The position numbers and the translations under genes are program-made. A stretch of 15,436 nt of DNA, from NCBI GenBank assembly GCA_039683575.1, contig JBDKRC010000112.1, positions 1 to 15,436 of the forward strand, given 5' to 3'. Below, one piece after another: positions 9,562 through 15,436 of the stretch. The notes below the pieces were generated by a model. The model saw nothing but the letters and a program-made list of their open reading frames with translations. It ran no database searches and had not been told where the DNA came from. Position 1 is the stretch's first letter; every line of letters starts with the position of its first letter. The stretch comes from Armatimonadia bacterium. Lineage in GTDB: Bacteria > Armatimonadota > Zipacnadia > Zipacnadales > UBA11051.

Positions 9562-10671
9562 CTATTCGTCCAGCGTCTTCGGCGTCAGCCCGACCGGCAG
9601 CGCCGCCGGACGGTCCACCCGGCTCTGCAGGTCCACATACCGCCGCTCGCGCGACGCGTCATAGAGCGTGTGCATGATCTCCAGCACATGGTACGCCAGT
9701 TGTCCACTGGCCCGGTGCTGGCGGCCTGACCGCAACGCGTAAGCCATATCGGCCACGCCGATGCCACGGTTCTGCTCCGAGTACAGATGCGTCAGCGGCA
9801 CATCCATCCAACCCTCATGCTCCGCCCGCTTCACCCGCACGATCCCGCCAAACGTGTTCGGGTCCGGCACCTGCATGCTGCCCTCACTGCCATAGATCTC
9901 AATGGGGATATGCGTGCTGGCCCAGACATCAAAACTCGTGGTAAGCGTCCCAAGCGCGCCAGTCTCGAACTCCAGGATACCATTCACATGCGTCGGCGTG
10001 TTGACCTTGATGACTTCGCCGTAGTGCGGAGCGCTGCCGATCAACCGCTCGGGGAAGCTCGCGATGGCCGATGACGCCACGCTTTTGGTAGCGCCGATCA
10101 GGTTCGTCAGCGCCGTCAGGTAGTATGGCCCCATGTCAAACAGCGGTCCGGCTCCCGGCTGATAGAAGAAGTTCGGATCCGGATGCCACCGCTCCGGCCC
10201 ATGGCCCAGCATGTGAGCGCTGGCCCCAATCACATCGCCGATCCAGCCATCGTCAAGCAGCTTCCGCGCGGTCTGGATGCCCGCGCCCAGGAACGTGTCC
10301 GGCGCGCACCCCACCAGCAGCCCCTTCTCGGCCGCAAGCTTCAGGATCTTCTGTCCATCCTCGCGCGTCACCGCAAAGGGCTTTTCGCTATAGGCATTCT
10401 TCCCCGCTTCCAGCGTCGCCAGCGCAATCTCGGCATGCGCATGCGGCACCGTCAGGTTGACCACAATCTCAATCTCGGGGTCAGCCAGCAGTTCCTCGAT
10501 CCCACACGCCCGCCCGACACCATGCTCCTCCGCCTTGCACTTCGCCCGATCCGGCACCAGGTCCGCGCACGCCACGATGTCGAGAATATCGAACCTCTGT
10601 CCCGCCGTCATATATGCCGAAGCAATGTTGCCACAGCCGATAATGCCAACCTTCGTCTTCTTGATTGCCAT
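9562..10671 (-). CDS. Gfo/Idh/MocA-family oxidoreductase
   Basis: VGIIGCGNIA, VNLTVPHAH, GKNAYSEKP, GCAPDTFLG and GAGPLFDMGPYY; AGGAG SD upstream. Confidence 0.93.
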   Translation of the reverse strand: MAIKKTKVGIIGCGNIASAYMTAGQRFDILDIVACADLVPDRAKCKAEEHGVGRACGIEELLADPEIEIVVNLTVPHAHAEIALATLEAGKNAYSEKPFAVTREDGQKILKLAAEKGLLVGCAPDTFLGAGIQTARKLLDDGWIGDVIGASAHMLGHGPERWHPDPNFFYQPGAGPLFDMGPYYLTALTNLIGATKSVASSAIASFPERLIGSAPHYGEVIKVNTPTHVNGILEFETGALGTLTTSFDVWASTHIPIEIYGSEGSMQVPDPNTFGGIVRVKRAEHEGWMDVPLTHLYSEQNRGIGVADMAYALRSGRQHRASGQLAYHVLEIMHTLYDASRERRYVDLQSRVDRPAALPVGLTPKTLDE

Positions 10672-10705
10672 GATGCTCTCCTGATGCTCAAAATGTCTCT
10701 ATCGC

Positions 10706-10993
10706 GTAGTGCCGGGCCGCAGCCCTCCCCCTCTTCTTTGTAGGACGGGCGTCACGCCCGTCTCTTTCCTCTCCGCGTAGTGCGGGCGCCTCGCCCGCTC
10801 TTTCCCTCTCCGCGTAGTGCGGGCGCCTCGCCCGCTCTTTCCCTCTCCGCGTAGTGCGGGCGTCTCGCCCGCTCCTTCCCTCTCCGCGTAGTGCGGGCGT
10901 CTCGCCCGTCTCTTCCCCCTCCGCGTAGTGCGGGCGTCTCGCCCGCTCCTTCCCTCTCCGCGTAGTGCGGGCGTCTCGCCCGCTCTTCCCTTC
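10706..10993 (+). repeat. Head-to-tail tandem array of 37-bp GTAG-REP-like hairpin units (6 full, 1 truncated, 1 degenerate)
   Basis: GTAG at 10740, 10777, 10814, 10851, 10888, 10925 and 10962 (exact 37-nt period), plus a degenerate copy at 10706. Unit approximately GTAGTGCGGGCG(T/C)CTCGCCCGCTC(T/C)TTCCCTCTCCGC. Confidence 0.95.
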
Positions 10994-10998
10994 GTGAA

Positions 10999-11035
10999 GG
11001 CAGGAGTTTCGCCGCGACCTGCCGAATTTCCTGCC
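10999..11035. promoter_or_regulatory. Overlapping divergent SigH-like promoters (pseudo-palindrome)
   Basis: Plus strand GCAGGAGTT-12 nt-GCCGAAT; minus strand GCAGGAAAT-12 nt-GGCGAAA. Both fit the Bacillus SigH pattern RNAGGAWWW-N11/12-RNNGAAT with one mismatch each. Confidence 0.5.
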
Positions 11036-11057
11036 ACCACCCTAGGAGCCTACGCGG

Positions 11058-12317
11058 ATGACCCTTTCTGAACTGCTGGCCGACCTCCACCTCGACCTCG
11101 ATCCTGACCTTCTCGCACCCCATTGGGAAGACGACCTCGCTTCCCTCCCTGACGATCCCGATCTTCTCAGACCCGAGGTCTTCTTGCCGCTACGCGAACT
11201 CGTCGGCCTCGATCCCGCCGCCGACGAGCCGCTCGAAACCGCCGCCGCGGAAATCCGCCACAGCCGCTCCCTGCGCACGCTCTGGTGGCACTGCTATAAC
11301 CTGCTCTTCATCCATCTCGACTACCCCGGCGGCCAGATCCGCAACTGGCCCTCCCTTGAACACCTCTTCGGCGACCACCACGGCGTCTTCTACCTCCTCG
11401 CCTGCCTCGGTGCAGCTCCCCTCACCATCGCCAGGCACCGCCAACTCGGCGTTCCGGACTACGTAGCCCCCGAGGGGCTCACCGGCAACTTCCACGAGTG
11501 CGTGGGCAACTATCAGACCCTCAACCCCGGCCTGTGGGGAGTGGACCTCCGCGTCATCTACTGGCTCCGCAACGACACCGAGGGCCTGCTCTATCGTCTC
11601 GGGCGCATCGAGTACATGGCCAAGCCTTTCCATGGCCAAGTGCAGGCCTACCGGCACCGGCACTCCGGCCAGACCATCGCCCTCGCCGCCGACGGCATGG
11701 TCTACACCGCCGAAGGCTACGTCAGTGGCCGCGGCGGCGAGCCCCTCAACCCCAATGACTGGACTGCCTCTCTCACCCTCACCGACCACTTCGCCCGTGG
11801 CAACGTCATCTCGCCATTGGGCCACGCCACCGGGGAAGTAAGAGAGCTTCCCTTCACCGACTGGTACTGCGCCCTCAAGCCCGGCGACACCGTCCTGGAG
11901 ATGCACATTCCCGGCGGCGGCAACTTCACGCCCGACCTCTGCCGTGAGTCCATGGAACGCGCCGTGGACTTCTTCCCCCGCTACTTCCCAGACAAGCCCT
12001 TCGTCGGCCTCGGCTGCATGTCATGGATTCTCAACCCCCAGATTGCGCAGATCTACCGCCCGGACTCCAACATGGTCCTCTGGCAGCAGGAAATGTACCT
12101 CTACCCCATCGCTTCCAGCGGCAGAGATGGCCTACATTTCATCTTCGCCAGAGATGACATAGACCCAGCCACCGCCCCGCGCGATACCAGCATGCGCCGC
12201 GCCTATCTCGACTGGCTGGCCGCCGGCAAGCGTCTCATGGGCGGCGGCGCCTTCATCCTGACCGAAGACCTGCAGCATTACGGCACCCAGCCTTACCGCA
12301 GCCAGTTCTCCATCTGA
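11058..12317 (+). CDS. DUF5596 / N-acyltransferase N-terminal + GNAT-like C-terminal domain protein
   Basis: LYRLGRIEY, LEMHIPGGG, CRESMERAVDFFPRYFP and CMSWILNP...SN match the pattern I recall for this family; AGGAG SD upstream. Confidence 0.75.
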   Translation: MTLSELLADLHLDLDPDLLAPHWEDDLASLPDDPDLLRPEVFLPLRELVGLDPAADEPLETAAAEIRHSRSLRTLWWHCYNLLFIHLDYPGGQIRNWPSLEHLFGDHHGVFYLLACLGAAPLTIARHRQLGVPDYVAPEGLTGNFHECVGNYQTLNPGLWGVDLRVIYWLRNDTEGLLYRLGRIEYMAKPFHGQVQAYRHRHSGQTIALAADGMVYTAEGYVSGRGGEPLNPNDWTASLTLTDHFARGNVISPLGHATGEVRELPFTDWYCALKPGDTVLEMHIPGGGNFTPDLCRESMERAVDFFPRYFPDKPFVGLGCMSWILNPQIAQIYRPDSNMVLWQQEMYLYPIASSGRDGLHFIFARDDIDPATAPRDTSMRRAYLDWLAAGKRLMGGGAFILTEDLQHYGTQPYRSQFSI

Positions 12318-12325
12318 GGAGCACC

Positions 12326-13711
12326 ATGACCAGACACCTTCGCCTAATCATCATTGCGGCTCTCTTGCCGCTGCCGCTTCTCGCCCAGACCCGTTGCGAC
12401 ACGGTCCTGACGGCTGCACATGTACTAACCATGAACGACAGCCTCCAGGTTTTCTCCCCCGGCGCCGTCGCCATCTCCGGCGACAAGATCCTCGCGGTGG
12501 GCACACCGAAAGATGTTCTCTCCATATACGCAGGTCGGCAAGTCCGCGATTTCGGCCAAACAATTCTCATGCCCGGCCTCATCAACACCCATTGCCACCT
12601 CCCCATGGTCCTCCTGCGCGGCATGGCCGACGACATGGAACTGATGGATTGGCTCAACAGCTACATCTTCCCCCTCGAAGCCAAACTCGTAAACGCCCAG
12701 TTCTGCTATGACGCCACCCTCGTCGCCTGTGCCGAGCTAATCCGCCGCGGCGTGACAGGCGTCGCGGACATGTACTACTTCGAGGATAACGTCGCCCGCG
12801 CGGTCAAAGAGTCCGGCATGCGTGGCTGGCTCGGCGAAACCCTCATCGACTTTCCCTCCCCCGACTCCAAAACGCCCGCCGAATGCCTCGCCTACACCGA
12901 GAAATGCGTCCAGAAATGGTCCAACGACCCGCTGGTGAAGGTTGTGCCAGCCCCGCACTCCACCTACACCGTATCCCCGGACAACCTCCGAGCCTGCAAG
13001 GCTCTCGCCGACAAATACAACACCCTCCTCATCACCCACCTCTCTGAATCCGCCACCGAAGTCGAGACCGTGCGCCAGAAATCCGGCCAGACGCCCACCG
13101 AACTCGCCGCCAGTGTCGGCCTGCTCGGCCCCACAACCATCGCCGCCCACTGTGTCGTAATGACACCCCACGATATGGAACTGCTCAAGGCCTCCGGCGC
13201 TGCCGTTGCCCACAACCCCGACAGCAACCTCAAGCTCAACTGCGGCTTCGCCCGCATCACCAGCATGCGCGAACAGGGCCTCCGGGTGGGCCTCGGGACC
13301 GACGGCCCCGTCAGCAACAACCGCCTCGACCTCTTCGACGCCATGGATCTCGTCGCCAAAGAGCAGAAACTGTGCGAGAATGATCCCACCGCCATGAAAG
13401 CCGCCGAAGTCGTCCGCATGGCCACCCTCGGCGGCGCCGAAGCCCTCGGAGCCGCCGACCGCCTCGGCTCTCTCGAGCCCGGCAAACAGGCCGACCTCAT
13501 CGTCGTGGACCTCCAGGGCGCCAACTACGGCCCCGTCTACGATCCTTACTCTCATCTCGTCTACACCACCCACGGCGAAATGGTCACCTCAACCATGGTC
13601 GCCGGCAAGTGGCTGATGCTCAACAACAAGCTCCTCACCCTCAGCGAAAAGCGCCTGCGGCAGATCGTCAGCCATTACCAACCTCTCGCCAAAGCCGCCG
13701 TCTCCCGGTAG
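12326..13711 (+). CDS. Amidohydrolase, MtaD/TrzA-AtzA (MTA/SAH deaminase-like) family, with N-terminal signal peptide
   Basis: PGLINTHCH (HxH), APHSTYT, THLSES, AAHCV, AHNPDSNLKL, GTDGPVSNNRLD and GSLEPGKQAD; GAGGAG SD 8 nt after the previous stop region. Confidence 0.88.
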   Translation: MTRHLRLIIIAALLPLPLLAQTRCDTVLTAAHVLTMNDSLQVFSPGAVAISGDKILAVGTPKDVLSIYAGRQVRDFGQTILMPGLINTHCHLPMVLLRGMADDMELMDWLNSYIFPLEAKLVNAQFCYDATLVACAELIRRGVTGVADMYYFEDNVARAVKESGMRGWLGETLIDFPSPDSKTPAECLAYTEKCVQKWSNDPLVKVVPAPHSTYTVSPDNLRACKALADKYNTLLITHLSESATEVETVRQKSGQTPTELAASVGLLGPTTIAAHCVVMTPHDMELLKASGAAVAHNPDSNLKLNCGFARITSMREQGLRVGLGTDGPVSNNRLDLFDAMDLVAKEQKLCENDPTAMKAAEVVRMATLGGAEALGAADRLGSLEPGKQADLIVVDLQGANYGPVYDPYSHLVYTTHGEMVTSTMVAGKWLMLNNKLLTLSEKRLRQIVSHYQPLAKAAVSR

Positions 13712-13733
13712 GAGCGCTCCCCTGAGCGCGACC
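13708..13733 (+). repeat. Single GTAG-REP-like hairpin overlapping the amidohydrolase stop codon
   Basis: GTAGGA-GCGCTC-CCCT-GAGCGC-GACC; the TAG of GTAG is the stop codon at 13709-13711. Confidence 0.6.
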
Positions 13734-13779
13734 GCAGCACAACTGGCTACACCAGAACTCACACCTTGAGGCGCACAAC

Positions 13780-15087
13780 ATGAAACCCGTCCGCCCCCAG
13801 CACTTCTACATCACCGACTGGGCCGCCGCCGACCCTCGCTGCGTCGCCCGCATGGAAACCATGATGCAGGGCTTCGGCGTCCCCGTCAGCCACGTCCAGC
13901 TCCTGCGCGAAGATGACATCGAAGCCACCGTCCGCGCCAATGACTGGTTCCAGTTAGACGTCCGCCAGGGCGCCTCTGTCTTCCAGGGCGATCCCGACGT
14001 GGTCTTCAACAAGCTTCGCTGGCCCTCGGACGAGGAGCGCGCCAAGATCGAGCAGCGGCACTCGATGCTGCGCGAAAACCCCGGCGGCTTCTACACCCAC
14101 GGCTTCCTCCGCATGCTCTACGGCATCCACCAGGGCTACCACTTCGAGGACGGCACCCACAAGCGCAACAACGGCGCTACCTGCTGGTCGCTCTACGACC
14201 TCCACTCCGCCTACGGCTGCTTCCACAAATGCCGCTACTGCCGCCGTGGCCGCGTCACCACCCTCGCCCTCAACATCGAAGACTACCTCACCCATACCGA
14301 CCAGCTTATGGACGAAAACCCCTGGCAGACGGTCTTCCGCTACGATGTTGAGACCGACTGCCTCATTCTCGAACCCGAGTACGGCATGTGCCGCGCCCTC
14401 GTCGAGCACTACGCCGCCCTCCCGGACAAGTACCTGATTCTCTTCTCCAAGAGCGACAACGTGGACTTCCTGCTCGATCTCGAACACCGCGGCCACACCA
14501 TCATGCTCTGGACCCTGAGCACCCCCACCGTCAGCCGTCGCATCGAGGTAGATACGGCCACCACCGAACAGCGTCTCGAAGCCGCCCGCAAGTGCCAGCA
14601 GGCCGGCTACACCGTCCGCTTCAAGTTCAAGCCCATCGTCCCCATCGCCAACTGGCGCGAGGACGCCACCGACATGCTCGAAAAGCTCTTCAACGCCGTC
14701 GAGCCCGATAACCTCAGCATGGAAATGCTCTTCTTCGACAATGTCACCGAGTTCAAGGAGATCTTCGACCCGGAACTCTTCGACCCCGAACTGATACAAA
14801 TGATGGAGGACCTCGAAGCCTCCGGACAGATCACCGACCGCATGCACCCCTTCCCGATCGACCTCCGCGCCGAGGTCTACGAATACTACATCCGCGAGAT
14901 ACAGCGCCTCTCGCCCAACACCCGCGTCTCGCTCTGCGCCGAGACCAGGCCCATGTGGGAGCGTCTCGGCCCCCGCCTCGGCGCCACCGCCGAATCCTTC
15001 GCCTGCAACTGCGGCCCAGTGGCCATCCCCGGCGTCAGGCCCGATCAGATCAGCACAACGGAAGACGGCAAAGCCGCTATCAGATAA
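13780..15087 (+). CDS. Radical SAM protein, spore photoproduct lyase (SplB)-like, divergent
   Basis: CxxxCxxC motif GCFHKCRYC; SKSDNVDFLLDLEHRGHT, QRLEAARKCQQAGYTV and KPIV..WRE resemble SplB-family segments; GAGG SD upstream. Confidence 0.82.
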   Translation: MKPVRPQHFYITDWAAADPRCVARMETMMQGFGVPVSHVQLLREDDIEATVRANDWFQLDVRQGASVFQGDPDVVFNKLRWPSDEERAKIEQRHSMLRENPGGFYTHGFLRMLYGIHQGYHFEDGTHKRNNGATCWSLYDLHSAYGCFHKCRYCRRGRVTTLALNIEDYLTHTDQLMDENPWQTVFRYDVETDCLILEPEYGMCRALVEHYAALPDKYLILFSKSDNVDFLLDLEHRGHTIMLWTLSTPTVSRRIEVDTATTEQRLEAARKCQQAGYTVRFKFKPIVPIANWREDATDMLEKLFNAVEPDNLSMEMLFFDNVTEFKEIFDPELFDPELIQMMEDLEASGQITDRMHPFPIDLRAEVYEYYIREIQRLSPNTRVSLCAETRPMWERLGPRLGATAESFACNCGPVAIPGVRPDQISTTEDGKAAIR

Positions 15088-15102
15088 CCCGGACCGGTAG
15101 GA

Positions 15103-15436
15103 TAACATAGAACGGTCTGCTCCCCACTCAAGGCGAATAAGGTGTTAGCGATTCGTCCTTGAAAGGAGCAGACCGAAAATGAAACATGTTGGATTGGATG
15201 TACATCAGGCCAAGACGACGGTGGTTTTTGTGGACGACCAGACGGGGGAAGTCTCCCGCGCCCGCTCGGTGGCCAACGCCGAGTTGCCCGAGTATTTGCT
15301 TGGTTTGGAGGATGACCTCCGCGTGGTGATGGAAAGCTGTTTGCATAGTAAGTTTCTCGCCCGGCAGTTGCTTTCCTGCGGCCTTGAAGTGTGGGTTTTG
15401 GATGCTCGCAAAGTCGCCGCCCAGATGCCCGCTTTC
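15103..15436 (+). mobile_element. IS110-family (IS1111-like) insertion sequence, left end, truncated by window edge
   Basis: Short non-coding left end with inverted repeat CGGTCTGCTCC (15113-15123) / GGAGCAGACCG (15165-15175) just before a DEDD transposase, and an abrupt shift from C-rich to G/T-rich sequence. The left boundary is approximate (about 15103-15105). Confidence 0.8.
15179..15436 (+). CDS. IS110-family transposase/recombinase, N-terminal RuvC-like DEDD domain (3' truncated)
   Basis: Hand translation: MKHVGLDVHQAKTTVVFVDDQTGEVSRARSVANAELPEYLLGLEDDLRVVMESCLHSKFLARQLLSCGLEVWVLDARKVAAQMPAF. GLDVH and VVMES carry the first D and the E of DEDD. AAGGAG SD upstream. Absent from the ORF track because it has no stop in the window. 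Confidence 0.9.
   Translation, partial: MKHVGLDVHQAKTTVVFVDDQTGEVSRARSVANAELPEYLLGLEDDLRVVMESCLHSKFLARQLLSCGLEVWVLDARKVAAQMPAF

Noticed and set aside
6652-10671. Oxidoreductase-kinase fusion by amber read-through, since the two genes are in frame and separated by one TAG
   Set aside because: In-frame placement has a 1-in-3 chance, and the kinase has its own SD and CTG start with an N-terminal TM helix. No recoding signal is evident.
10740-10993. CRISPR or TIGR-type guide array
   Set aside because: The 37-nt period is entirely repeat. Linkers are near-identical pyrimidine tracts rather than unique spacers, and no cas or tas-like gene is adjacent.
10699-11123. Repetitive ORFs 10699-11040 and 10752-11123 (GETPAL / RARRPHY peptides)
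   Set aside because: These are translations of the 37-bp repeat cycling through frames, with no SD or domain; typical REP-derived spurious ORFs.
13954-15108. 384-aa minus-strand ORF, and similar ORFs at 11190-11906, 12737-13573, 4958-5761 and 2600-3505
   Set aside because: Antisense shadows of well-supported genes with strongly biased third codon positions.
15103-15178. Complete bridge RNA in the IS left end
   Set aside because: Only about 75 nt forming one hairpin, without two large guide-bearing internal loops. In IS1111-like elements the guide RNA is expected 3' of the transposase, outside this window.
15128-15411. Minus-strand ORFs 15128-15346 and 15205-15411
   Set aside because: Antisense to the IS110 transposase, which is the real coding frame.

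Overview
GC-rich bacterial chromosomal window. The gene mix (DUF951, PrsA-like foldase without a lipobox, CHASE2 kinase, SigH-like promoter motifs) suggests Terrabacteria, possibly Armatimonadota; this is inference only. Left to right: the 3' part of a DUF4091/GH123-like gene (+); parvulin PPIase and CapA-family phosphoesterase (-); an orphan MoxR AAA+ ATPase that appears leaderless (+); a stand-alone rpsR with its own sigma70-type promoter (-); a minus-strand run of Gfo/Idh/MocA oxidoreductase, CHASE2-GAF-PAS histidine kinase (probable CTG start), DUF951, SRPBCC and a second Gfo/Idh/MocA gene; a head-to-tail 37-bp GTAG-REP-like hairpin array beside a pseudo-palindromic, possibly bidirectional SigH-like promoter; a plus-strand trio of DUF5596/GNAT-like acyltransferase, signal-peptide-bearing MtaD-like amidohydrolase and divergent spore-photoproduct-lyase-like radical SAM enzyme; and the left end of an IS110-family (IS1111-like) element that the ORF track missed. 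The IS begins right after CCGGTAGGA, the same 9-mer that starts an intact REP-like hairpin 1.4 kb upstream, which suggests a REP-targeting RNA-guided recombinase. All family calls come from motifs read by eye; no searches were run.
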